Position numbers and translations under genes: made by a program. Below the pieces are notes generated by a model. It worked only from the letters and a program-made list of their open reading frames with translations, was not told the DNA's origin and did no database searches. 64,000 nucleotides of DNA. Origin: the human T2T-CHM13v2.0 reference genome, Homo sapiens. Each line of letters begins with the position of its first letter. Position 1 is the stretch's first letter. Shown one piece after another: positions 52,736-64,000 of the stretch. The stretch lies in NCBI RefSeq assembly GCF_009914755.1, contig NC_060925.1; one strand, 5' to 3'.

Positions 52736-54661
52736 AGATGACTGTGGTACCATTACCAAGCTCTTCACCACAGGCTCCACATGTGGTTGAACTTTACATG
52801 CTAAAGTCTTCAAAATGAAAGGCACAGAGTTGGTAACTGGTCATCACTTAATTCATTCAACAATAAATCATTTGACTCTTTATGTTTTTTAAACACATTC
52901 TGCAAAGTGTCCATACAAAGCAGCAAGACTGGTTCTAGAGGAAAATTCTCAACTTCTGGATGTCATTCAGTGAGGTGAGAGCACTGGATGGGGAGTCATG
53001 TTGCGGTCCGTGCTTTACCACTAACTACTGGGTGATCTTGGGCCACTGTTTAGCTGTGTGACCTCAGATGAGCCTCTTAACTGTTCTGGGCTTCTGCTTA
53101 CTCTCCATTAAAACAGACCAATTAGAATTTAGCTCTCAAAGTTTGGTTGCAACTGTACAACACTACATCATCTCTATGGGTAGCCCCTGAAGCACTGTTT
53201 CCTTGGAGAGCAAGCCTACTAACTTGAAAAGGGCCCGCAACTAGAAAAAAAATGCTGGGTTGGACAAAGTTAAAGAGTCTTTTATTGCAGGACTTCTCAG
53301 AGCCTTTCATTTGCCAGTATGGATTGTAATTGGCCAAAAGGGTAATAGAGAGCTTGCACAATTTGCCATTCTTACTCTAACAGGGAAACCTTTACTGGTG
53401 GAACAGCTTTCAGAACTAACAATCCACTGAACACACTGGGAAAATCTGCTACTAGGCACACAGGACACTTATTAATGACCCCTTTTTTGCAGATGATGGA
53501 ACAGAAAGGGTGTTCTAAGTCACAGAGCAGAGCCATGACAACTACCAGCCCAGAAATCATCCAAACCACAGTTACTGGCACGTGCACAAGGCTTTACATC
53601 TACAAAACATTTTTTACTTACGTGATCTCAATCTTTCTTAAAAACATACCTCTGGGGACACTCATTCCATTTTTGATAAAACATAGCCTGAAAGAGACGA
53701 ACGAGTCTGCCCAGAGTCACTAAGGGATAGACCCATAATTTGGCTCTATCAGTTTCCCCTATGTCCTTGATGAAACATCAATCAATACATTATATTTTTA
53801 TAGATAAACAACTGTGGCCACTATGCAGAGATCCCTGCAAGATGCCAAGGCTGATGCTATCTGCACCTGTTTTGCAGCCACCACCACTTCTGTCTGAAGC
53901 CCAAGCACCCTGCTCTGATTAAGGGGGGTTGGGGAGGGTGCTCTCAGAAATGCCCCTGGAGTAGAAGCCGCTCTGGAAACATCCAGGCTGTGAAGTGGGA
54001 GTAGATCTCTCCCAGTCGCCACACCCTCCTGACCATGCCAGGTACAACCCGCTAGGATGTACCCCCAGTGCCAGCTGTCATTATGCCGGGAGGAGGGGCT
54101 CCTCGGAGGATCCAGAGCAATGCTAGTTTAACTCACTCCCAATGAGCCCCGAGGAGCCCCAGGCTGGTGGGCTCTGACAGACTGAAACTGCATGGCCTTG
54201 GGGGAAGCTAGGGCTGCCAAACCCATTCAGCAGCTCCCGCCGGGTGTGCCGTGTCCCACGGTATGCGTGGGTGCGAGGGGTGAGCGCCGCGCCGGGGTGA
54301 GAGTCTGCGCTGGACACAGGAGGCTGTGCACGCCAACGGCCGTGCCAGGCGCGAGTGTGCCAGAGAAGTGTGTGAACGCGGGAACGCTTGTGTCGCCCTA
54401 GGGTGGTGACAGAAGTAGTGTCTGGAAAACGCTGGCTGAGAGCGCGTGCATCAGGCCACCGCAGGCTGCGAAGAAGCCGGGGCCCCTCACTCCAAGGGTC
54501 CCGGGAGTTGGCACCGACGCACTACTGCAAGCGCGCCCGCGCCCAGCCCTCTCCCACCGACGCGGCTCCCTCCGGTCCCTCTGCCGCCCGCTCGGCGGTG
54601 CCCGGTCCCTGGGCTGCCAGGCCGCGGCGGGGGCGCGGCGCGCGGGGCGCTCGTTGCTTAC

Positions 54662-54820
54662 CTGCGGGCGGCCGAGGCTCCGCTGCTCTGGGCTGGGCTG
54701 CGCCGCGCTGGACTGGGCTGCGCTGGGCTGCGCGCCCGGCCTCCGCGCGGCTCGGCAGCGCCCGCGCGCTCGGCTCCGCCCGGCTCGGCTCCGCCCGGCG
54801 GTGCCCCAGGCGCTCGCTGG
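54662..54820 (-). other. Non-coding first exon (5' UTR) of an unidentified minus-strand gene; TSS approximate
   Basis: Consensus donor CGCAG|GTAAGC (plus strand GCTTACCTGCG, 54656-54666) in the island core, ~250 bp downstream of the CArG module; no minus-strand ATG in the exon. Confidence 0.8.
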
Positions 54821-54908
54821 CGGCCCACGCGGCGCGGGGTGGGCGCGGGGCGGGCTGGCGGGCGGGCGCCGGCGGCGGGCGCGGCTCCGGGCCGCCCCGC
54901 GGCCGCTT

Positions 54909-54945
54909 GGAAGCTCCTTATTTGGGCAGTGATGTCAGGGGAAGT
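54909..54945. promoter_or_regulatory. CArG box with ETS cores and a CRE/ATF-like site
   Basis: GGAA 54909-54912; CCTTATTTGG 54916-54925 (CC[A/T]6GG); TGATGTCA 54930-54937; GGAAGT 54940-54945. Confidence 0.75.
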
Positions 54946-55863
54946 CGCAGGGGCCGGACCACCCACTTCTTTCCATTCACTCCCCAGAGTTTCCTGTCGC
55001 CGAGCACGGGGACCCCGCCGCCGGCCCGGGGCGCCTCTCCCGTCCGCTCGGCCTCACTGCTGGCCACCCCGGGATGCCTTCGCGGCCGGGGTCGCAGATG
55101 GGCCCGGGCGCGGCTGGCGGCTGCCAGGGGAGGGTCTCCTCGCCCGGGGAATCCCTGGCTGCCGGCGGCCGCGGGGAGGGTCTGCGCGCCGGCCTCCTCG
55201 GTGACAGGCCGTGTCACTCCGGGCGCCGCCCCTCCCTCCGCGCCCGCCCCGGCTCCGGCGCTGTCTTTTCCTCCTGGGCCCTCTAGGGAGGGCAGACAGG
55301 GAAGCCCCTGTCGCCGCCGCCGGGGCCCTGCCACTCTGCGCCACGCCTTGGTCGCACCCGGGCCCAGCGGGAGTCCATCGCCGTCCCCAAAGTGTGCGCT
55401 CCCCGCCTTCCCCCTGGGTGCCAGCCGGGCTCCGGGAAGCCCGCGCCTCCCCAGGCGGGAATCCGCTTTAATGAGCTCTGGGCGGGGCGGGCCTGCCAGG
55501 GCCTCCCTGGGCTCAGGCCTGGGGTGGGGGCGGGGGACACCCCGGGGCTTCCCAATGGCTTGACTTTACCAGAAGCTGCTGGATCTCGGGATTTGGGCCT
55601 GAGTCACTCTGGTCCTTGCTCTGGCCAGGATCAAGCACACTTGAGCCAGTTCCCAGCCAGGCCTCCACAGGTCTGCGGGAAGGCCAGGACCCTGAGATCT
55701 CTCTCCGTGATCTGTTATTTCACTGATGCCCACCAGAGGTTATTTGGCAGAGGTCAACCCTCTGCCACAGTGGAACCAGGGCTGGCCCTGGGTTTGGCTG
55801 ACTCCAGGAACAGCCTCAGGAGGAGACAATGGAGCTGGGGGTCGGGGGTGTAGAGTGGGGTTA

Positions 55864-55941
55864 AGCCAGGACTAGAGTGAGGTAAGTTAAGTGCCTAGGA
55901 TGCAGAATTTAACCAAGCACTCCCTTTCAGGGTCATGAAAG
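55864..55941 (+). mobile_element. MER96-like hAT MITE half
   Basis: GCCAGGACTAGAGTGAGGTAAG..GCCTAGGATGCAGAATTTAA..CAGGGTCATG; same family as 38465-38552. Confidence 0.5.
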
Positions 55942-58232
55942 TTTGAGGCCCCACAGGGGAACTAAGCACTATGCTGACCCAAGTTTCCAGGGGGATCCTT
56001 GGAGGCTCCAGGTTTCCTCTGGCTCCAAAGTCATGCCCTCAACTTCTCTAGGCCCAAAGGGCGGATTAGTGACCTTGGGCATTTGTGTGCCTTTATACAA
56101 CAGCCTCTGATAGAGCTGCCACCCTTCCTCCAAAGCCAGATCAGAGCAAATAGACTCCTCCCAGACCCCCAGCTTTAATGGAGGGAACCCCCACCTTCTA
56201 AGAGGCACTACATTCCTAGGGGCAGAGAGGAGGAAGCTATGGCTCCAGGGCTTGCAGAGAGTCAAGGCAGGTGTGATTGCAGCTGGACATGGGTCTGCAC
56301 ACTCACGTACACGATTGCAAACCCACTGACCAGCTGCCAAGCTGCCCAGCTGTTCTGTGGATCACCACCACCCCAGTCTCTCTCAACTTCCATCAGCTCC
56401 CAGGGCCCAATCCCAGCTCTAATTGGGTCATCCTCCTTCTGACAAAGCCCCAAAGGGAAGGACCACACTTCCTGATCTGGCATGCAAGGCCCCACGGACC
56501 AGCTGCATCTCCCAGAGCTCAGCCCATCCTGCCATTTGCCCAGCCACCACCCCCAACACGCACCACTTTGCACCAGTTTCCACTTCTTGAGGTCTTCATA
56601 CAGGCTTTCCCTTTGAAATGTCTTCTCCACCCCCTCCAGCTGTCCTTCACACCCTGAATCCAAGCCTGCCCTTGATACAGGTCCTTCTCTTGAGCAGGGC
56701 AACTGGGGTGGGGTGCCCCCTGGGACAGATTCCTGCTCCTCACTCCACTCCTGCCCTGCCCCCACTGTCCTGCTTCCCGTTTTCTGTCTGAAAGCAACTC
56801 CAGGCAGAGGAGGTGGGTGCCTTGTTATAATTCATATGCCCTGAGGGGTGACTTTCTATCATTCACACACACAGGCTCAGATGACAGCCTTGCTCCTGCC
56901 CCAAGTTGAATGACATCCTCCTCCCCTTTGAGAGGTGGCCTGGCCTCAAGGGACCCTCCCAATGGATTTGGTCACCTTCCATGATGCCACAGGCAACTCA
57001 ATAGTTCCTGCCTCTACAGACTTGCCCATCACCTCACATTGAAGTCAGTTATTGGGGGCCTCCTCTTCCTCAGACTGGGAGCTTCAGGGAACTTTCCATC
57101 TTGATCCCTCTCCCCTCCCAGGACTGATAAGTTTACAAATGTTTGTTAAGTGAATGAATGGTCCTGAGGGGCAAATCCTAAGACAAACTAACCAGAGGAC
57201 GGGGGAGAATTTACCCAACCCAGAACAGTGGCTGATGTCCTAGGGTCCCTGGCTGGGGGCTGGGATGAAAGGCGGGGTTCTCAGCTAGACTGGCTTGAAT
57301 GCTCAGGAGACTGGGATGGCTTGGGATTTGTCTCCTCCTTTCTCTTGACAAACTCCTCTGCAGCCATCAGGGAGCCTGGGATATCCCCATGCCAACCCCC
57401 CAAAACACGGAGTCCTGAGCTGGCCCTAATGAGGTGGAGGGGAAGGATGAAGGAAAATGCAATTTGTCAAGCCCTTTCATTGTACCAGACACAGTCAGAC
57501 TGGATGCCCCTGAGCCTTCCAAGCCATGCAGGCCTTTCCAGCGGTAGTCATTCCCCAGGCCAGGAGTGTCAGCTGGGGAGCCCTCACCTAGCTCCTCCCA
57601 CAACCATCTGTCCCCACTTCAAGACTCAGCCCCCACCTCAGTTCTGGTGCCAATTCTCACTGGAAGCCAGAAGGTCTTCAGGACTCCAGCCTCAGAGCTC
57701 AGAGAAAGAAGGTGGGGGCAGGCAGCCCTGCTTCGAGGCTACCAGCCTGACCTCGACTCTACTCTGTGAGCCCCCACCTGCAGACCAGGCCTCCACCAGT
57801 CTGCAGAAAGGCAGAGTTGAGGTGCAGGACACCTTTCCCACCATGTATCTGAAAGGCAGGTGGTACCAGGTGCCAGTTCCTTCCTATCAGCCCCATCCCC
57901 TGCAAGTAACTGGGCCAGGTCTTGAGAAAGTCCCAGTACTTGGCCCTGGGGGCCTTCCCACATTCCTGCATTCCTCAAACATGAATCAGGCACCATTTCT
58001 GTGTTGGGAACATGTAATACACAAGCCTGTGTTCATGGATGGAGACTGACAGGTAAACAGATATCCCATTGCTAAATGTTACACTGCTGTTTGACAAGGT
58101 TGGAGAGGGGTGGAGTAGGGGCATACAAGATGGAAAGATAAGATTCATTCTACTTCTGGAGCTACAATTCAAGAAAACTGTGATCCAGGTGTCCCGGGCT
58201 AGAATGCTGAATGCTTGTTTCCACGGAAATGT

Positions 58233-58236
<4 letters not shown>

Positions 58237-58284
<48 letters not shown>
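58237..58284 (+). repeat. (CA)24 microsatellite
   Basis: Perfect repeat, directly visible. Confidence 0.98.
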
Positions 58285-58286
<2 letters not shown>

Positions 58287-58656
58287 CTGGATCTGCTGTA
58301 AAGCCAGCATCACACTGTAGAGACTTTACAAGCTAAAAGAGATTAGAGCAGAGGGCAGGTTTGGCATCTGATCTGCCATCTAGAAAGCTATCTCTATGGA
58401 ATTTTGTTTCCAGCTTATAACAACAAAATTAGACACAATTTTGGAACCCACTGTTGCTCCCAAGGAGCTAGGGACCAGCACAGTGTGTTGGGAGCACTTT
58501 TAAGGTGGGGTGGGGCTGAGCAACCAGGCCCTGTGGGCCTTCTGGGTTATTTATGTTTAGGTCTTACACTGACTTAGCAACCATCCCCTCTCCATCCTCC
58601 ATCCCCATTGCTGTGCTTTCCTGGACTCAGATGCTTTGGTTGTTTTCCTGTTTGGG

Positions 58657-58717
58657 GTGTGTGTGCGTGTGTGTGTGTGTGTGTGTATGTGTGTGTGTGT
58701 GCATGTGCACATGTATG
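58657..58717 (+). repeat. Interrupted (GT)n microsatellite
   Basis: Directly visible. Confidence 0.95.
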
Positions 58718-58894
58718 GTAGGTGCTCTCTTCATAGACCTGTTGCACACATGAAGCTTCTGTCCTGGGACAGAGACTAGAGTTTGCATTTTATGGATATC
58801 ACCTTCCTGAGGTCCAGTCCTCCAGACTCAGTTCCCATCCTTTCTCTCCAGCCTGAGAACTGTGTTTCCAGCTTCCTGACTTAACTTGATGCTG

Positions 58895-59090
58895 TGGATA
58901 ACAGCATGGGCCTTGGAGCCACATAGACCTGGGTTCAGGCTCCAGCCCCACATTTACTGTGTCACCTTGGGCATGTTACTTGATGTCACTGATCTTGACG
59001 TTCTCATCTCCAAGGGCTGCTGGGAAGTTTTGACAAGACACTGCAATAGAACTCTTCAGTGTACAAAATAGTAGGTGCTCAATAAACAGT
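58895..59090 (+). mobile_element. MIR
   Basis: AGACCTGGGTTCAGGCTCCAG..GTCACCTTGGGCATGTTACTT..GTAGGTGCTCAATAAA. Confidence 0.75.
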
Positions 59091-59109
59091 AGCATTGATT
59101 ACTGTCCTC

Positions 59110-59790
59110 CCATATGGTGACTCAGAATCCTCCTCCTCTCATACTGCTCATCTTCATGGATGTGGGCATCAATCTTCTCAAGCCCGAAGCCAGAAGCCCT
59201 TCTCCATGCCTGGTGCCTCAATTCAGGCCACCATCACCAACAAGTTCCAACAGCCTTCTCCCTGGCACCGTGCCCAGCTTACCCCTGCAATCCATTCTCC
59301 ACACAGGTAGAACTCTCTAGGACACCTTCAAGTGGGTCCCTGTTCAGCGAAACCACCCGGTCTATTAGGGCCTTTAACAACAGAGCCTCAGTTTACCAGT
59401 CCAAACCTCCCTCTCTCTGCACTATCCCCATCCACCCTATGCTCCCACCATACAGAATCTCTCACTGTTTCTGAGCCTTCCAAGCACATTTTGCACATGC
59501 AGTTCCCTATACTTTTCCCCTCACCCATCTGCTTGGCCAGCTCCCACTCAGCCTTCCAGGCCAGCTCAGAGGCCACTTCCCTTGTGAAGGCTTCCCTGGC
59601 CCCCAGGGAGTGTTGGCGTTTCCTTTGCCATGAGCCTCCAGCACTTGATACAGACTGTCCTGGCTTGTGCCCCACTATGAGAGTCATTTCTTCATGTGTC
59701 TGCTGCCCCCTTAGATTCTGCATCTCTGTGCATGACCAAATCTTAGCTCTAGGAATGTCACAGATATTCAGAGCATGCTGAACTGTTAAC
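59110..59790 (+). mobile_element. L2 fragment
   Basis: CCCGAAGCCAGAAGCC..CAATCCATTCTCCACAC..CCTTCCAGGCCAGCTCAGAGGCCACTTCC. Confidence 0.55.
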
Positions 59791-61914
59791 ACACGGCTGC
59801 TCTGACCATCCTGCCTGGTAACCAGCAACTACAGGAGGCCAGTTGGCCTCAAGCTCATGGAATAGTTTTCCCCAAATGACAAAAGCATCCTCTTTTCCTA
59901 TACTTCAGACTGAGACCTGGGTCTGGCCTAAGCTCTGAGACTGCCTCATTCTGGCTTTTCACCAGCATTTTGGGGGACTCCCACAGGGCTCAGCAGGCCC
60001 CAGGTGGGGAAGGCGGGGCCTTCAGTTCCAGGAAATCAGAAGATTAGTCAAGCCACACTCCCCTGGCAGCTGTGAGAACAGGTTTTCCCCAAGCCAAGGG
60101 ACTTGCAAGATCATCAATAACAACAAATATTTACTCTGCCCATGGCTTTGTGCCCACCAAGGGAGGTGCATAAGTACAGCATCAACTTCCACAGCTTGGA
60201 TTAAGATGGATGTGGGTGCATGTCCTGGTCCTGACACTTACTGGCTGCTTAACTCCCCTATACCTCAGTTTTCACAGCTGCTAAATTGGGAGAATAACAC
60301 ATCCCAGGAAAAATTTAGAGGAATAAATTAGAGCAGATAAAATTAAAAGAGAAAATGCATTTAAAGTATCAATAACAGAAGCAATATGTATTAGTCACTC
60401 AATAAAGAAGCCCCCCCCAAGCCCCCCAACTCAAGCTCTTTGGGGGATACTATGATGAACAAGACCTAGTCCTTGCCAATAGCTGATGAAGTGAGGGAAG
60501 GGGGACATGAGAATTAAATCAGACCCTATAAACATGAACACAAGGTAAACAGCAACAGGAATGACAAAAAAGAGTTCTGGGAGTAGCAGAGGGAGAGAAG
60601 AATTCTGAGATGCCCTTACATTCTTCTTCTCTCCTGAGACTTTCATCCAACTGATTGATATAATCCATGTGGCCAGCCCAGGGCGAAGGGCTGGGTAGGG
60701 CAGTGGGTGGGCAGGAAGGAATCCCGAGGCAAGACAAATGAGGCCTGAAGGATCCTGTGCTCAGGCAGCTCACAGTCTGGTTCCGGAGAGGCCTTGCACA
60801 CTACAGAAAATAACTATGACAACAGTGGATGAAAGCAGTGAATGCTGCCGAAGACATGGGCGAGAGAGATGAATACGGGAGGGGTGAGGCCTGGTGCAAA
60901 GGCTACTTTCAAAAGCCTGCATCCACAGCAAAGGACTGTGGAAGTGGCCTCACCCCATCCCTGCTCAGGCTCTGCTCCCACTGCAGCCCTTCTGACCTCT
61001 CAAGGCCAGAGGTGAGAACCCCAATCCTTCAGCCTTGCAATCTTCCCACTTGCAGTCATGCCCAGGAAGGGAGTGGCCTGGGCCAGACAGCTCACTAGTC
61101 CGTAAACATAATGTGAATTTGGATACTCCACTTTTCCCCATGCTGTTCCTTCTACCTGGCATGCCCTTCCTCCTCCTATCCCCCATCCACCCTTCCCTCC
61201 AGCTCCCCTGTAAATTCTCTTTGCCTATTTAGTGAACTCGTCCTATAAGCTCTCCTTCAAAAGTCCTGTTTTTCTTATTTTTTCCTGACTTCCACTCTCA
61301 GCAGAATTGAAAGCACCCTTCTCAGTGATGTTCTGGTAATTAGCTTTGTATATACCATCAAAATATTTCTCACATTATAGTAAAGTATTTGTGTCTGGTG
61401 CCCCTACTAGGTTAGGAGAGCTCTGGGGTCAATGCTTGGTACCTACTAGGTGCTCAATAAACAGGGCACCTGGAAGGCTTTCTCCTGAGGCTTCCCGCAG
61501 CTGGGGTGGAATATGGCAGCCTCTGCTACTCTGCCTGGGAGTGCAGAGGAAGCTTCCATGATCCCTCAGGAACTCCAGACTCTTAGTCCAGTCAGCCATG
61601 TACCTTCCGGCCTGAAAACAAGCCCTCTGAGAGCTGTCTTCCCCAGGATTTTCTGCTGATCTCTTGCAACTTGCTCCTCAAACCCACCCTGAACTCTGAC
61701 TGGATTAGAATCCCAGCAAGGGTCCTGGGCACCTGGCTGTGTCCTATTTAGAAAGGGCTGAGTCAGGCGAACTTATAAGCAGAGGCAATGTCCCAGAGGG
61801 TGGCAGGGTGGAAGCGCTGAGGGGAGACCTGGGGAGGGGAAGGCAGGCCTGTGAATTTGGTGGGTCTTGGTTTGAAGGTGAAAGATCAATAGCAGTCTGG
61901 GGGTGGGAGGAGGG

Positions 61915-62457
61915 TGTGATGGTTAATTCCATGTGCCATCTCGACTGGGCCATGGGGTGCCCAGACATTTGGCCAAACATTGTTCCAGGTATGTCTGTGG
62001 GGGTGTTTCTGGGTGAGATGAACATTTGGATCAGTAGACTTAAAGCAGATTACCCTCCCTAACATGGGAGAGCTTCATCCAATCTACTGAAGACCTGAAT
62101 AGAATGAAAAGGCTGAGTGGGAGGAAACTCCTCCTGCCTGACTGCTTGAGCTGGGACATTGGTCTTTTCCTGCCTTTGCACCAGAATGAAACATCGGCTC
62201 TTCTTGGGTCTCAAGCCTACCCACTTGCAGAATGGAACTTATACCATTGGCTTTCCTGGGCCTCAGGCCTTCAGACTCAGACTAGAAATACACATGGGCT
62301 CTCCTGGATCTCCAGCTTGCTGACAGCAGATCATAGGACTTCTCAGCCCCCATAAGCACATGAGCTAATTATTTACAATAAGTCTCTTCCTATGTCTATA
62401 TCTACATTTATCTCTATGCCTATCATATTGATTTTGGTTCTCTAGAGAACCCTTATA
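61915..62457 (+). mobile_element. MLT2 (ERVL) solo LTR
   Basis: TGTGATGGTTAATT..GACTGGGCCATGGGGTGCCCAGACATTTGGCCAAACATT..TCTCTAGAGAACCCT. Confidence 0.88.
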
Positions 62458-62994
62458 GATGTCTAAATCAGGACTTCCCTCAGATACCAGGAGGACCCCA
62501 TATTCCTTTTTGGGGTCTCACATCTCCAACAACTCTGAAGTAAGTGAGCATTTCCTTCTTCCTCATAGCTAGCAGAGGCCTCACTCCCTGGGAGGGCCTC
62601 TTTGCAGATGGGCAGAAGCCGTCAGTCCTCTGTGGACTCCTAGCACTCAATATGGGTCCTGGCACCCAGTAGGTGCACAGTGATATTGACTGAACGAATG
62701 CATACCTCACACTTATTTGGGTAGCCCTTTATGGTTTGGGGCATAATCACACCCATGTCCTCATGGGTGTGATCCCAAGGCTCTGTGAGGGGCAGGGCAG
62801 GGACCATCAGCCCCAGTTAATAGATGAGCAAACAGAGGCCCAGAGAGGACCTAGAAGCAGTTCCAGCAGAAGGACCCTATCTCCAGGGCATTGGCTTTCT
62901 CTGGAGCAGCCATGGCCCATGTTTAGCAAAAACAGGATGCTGCCCTGAGCCCAGGTGCCTCCATCCCCCCTGAATTCATGCACTCTGTAACACA

Positions 62995-63400
62995 TGTTCA
63001 GCCACTATTGGCTGGGCCCTGTTCTAGGGACTTAGAGTGCATCAGTGAACAAAATGAACAAAAATCTCTGCCCCATGGAACTTATGTTCTAGGGGAAAGA
63101 GACAGACAGTAAACAAGAAACAGAATAAGTAAGTAAACTATAGAGCATATTAGCAGGAGGTATGGACTATGGCAACAAGGCAGAACAGAGTAAGGGAACC
63201 AGGAATGCAGGGGTGGGAGATGAGTCACAAGTTTAAATAGGGTGGTTAGAGTCAGCCTCATTGAGAAGGTGGCATTTGAGCAGCAACTTGAAGCAGGGGA
63301 AGAATTAAGCCACGCAGTTACTAGGAAAGGCCTTTATAGGCAAAGGGGCAACCAGTGCAAAGGCCCTGCGTCGGGCATATTACACAGGGCCTGGCAGGCC
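62995..63400 (-). mobile_element. L2 3' region
   Basis: CAGTGAACAAAA..CCCATGGAACTTATGTTCTAG..GAGAAGGTGGCATTTGAGCAG..CAGTGCAAAGGCCCTG. Confidence 0.75.
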
Positions 63401-64000
63401 ACCGTGAGAGCTGTGGCTTTCAGAGAGATAAAAGAAGGCCCACACAGAGGCCTCCAACAGATTCTACCCTTCCTGGAGTGTGGGGCCTGCTCAGGCAGAT
63501 AATAGGAGAGCCAGAGGATGCCTGAATGGAGGTGGGAACGGTAGACAAAGAAGAGGTGGGAAGAAATTTTCCCTGATTATCATCCCTTTCTGCTTCAACC
63601 AGACACCCCCAAGCAAAGGCAGCTCCTGCGGGTGGGGGACAGGCCCCTCCCCACCCTGCCTCTCCTAAGCCTCCCTCTCAGGGGACTTGTGAGGAGTTAA
63701 TGAAGTTGAGCCCAGGAAAGCACCACAGGTAGACTGTAGAACGCTGGGCCCCCAGCTGGCTATCACCATCACTGCCCAGCCTCGACAGGGAGGCAGGGGC
63801 TTCGCCTTTCCTCTGCTACACACTGGCAGATGCAAGAAGCAGATCCGCTCCGAAGCCTAGATGAAGTCGCAGTTAGCAGCCTAATTTTAGACTGAGCATC
63901 TGCTCTTCCGTCCCAGAGATGCAGCTCTGTCTGGGATTTGCTCCTTCTGGAATTGCCGGAGAAACGAATCCTGCTCTCGGGGGCAGGCACTGGTGGTGTC

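Larger units (their letters stand above)
54230..55545. promoter_or_regulatory. CpG island promoter
   Basis: Abrupt rise in GC and CpG density against a CpG-depleted background; GC boxes (GGGGCGGGC at 54847-54855); no TATA box seen. Confidence 0.95.

Noticed and set aside
54388-55563. 391-aa and 252-aa + strand ORFs and overlapping ORFs in the CpG island
   Set aside because: Non-ATG starts, Arg/Gly/Ala/Pro low complexity, open in several frames; expected from stop-codon scarcity at very high GC
57228-58049. 273-aa + strand ORF
   Set aside because: GTG start, no recognisable domain and no exon context; probably chance, though a BLASTP/PhyloCSF check would be cheap

Overview
Primate (most likely human) genomic DNA with no credible protein-coding exon, RNA gene or CRISPR array. 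The main feature is a CpG-island promoter (~54.2-55.5 kb) with a non-coding first exon on the minus strand (donor CAG|GTAAGC, exon ends at 54662). Positions 1-54661 are therefore probably one long first intron, and ~55.5-64 kb is upstream sequence. The promoter carries a CArG/ETS/CRE-like module. Most of the rest is a mosaic of Alu (J and S, no Y), L1, L2, MIR, MaLR/ERVL LTRs and hAT/Tigger DNA-transposon fossils, several of them nested. The most unusual observations are a single TSD-flanked AluSc with an inverted 5' end (twin-priming geometry, 25.1 kb) and a candidate MIR-derived cassette exon with a U28 acceptor and a self-contained uORF (46.4 kb). I see no evidence of a novel biological system. 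Repeat families were assigned by eye from remembered consensus sequences, and boundaries of old repeats are approximate.
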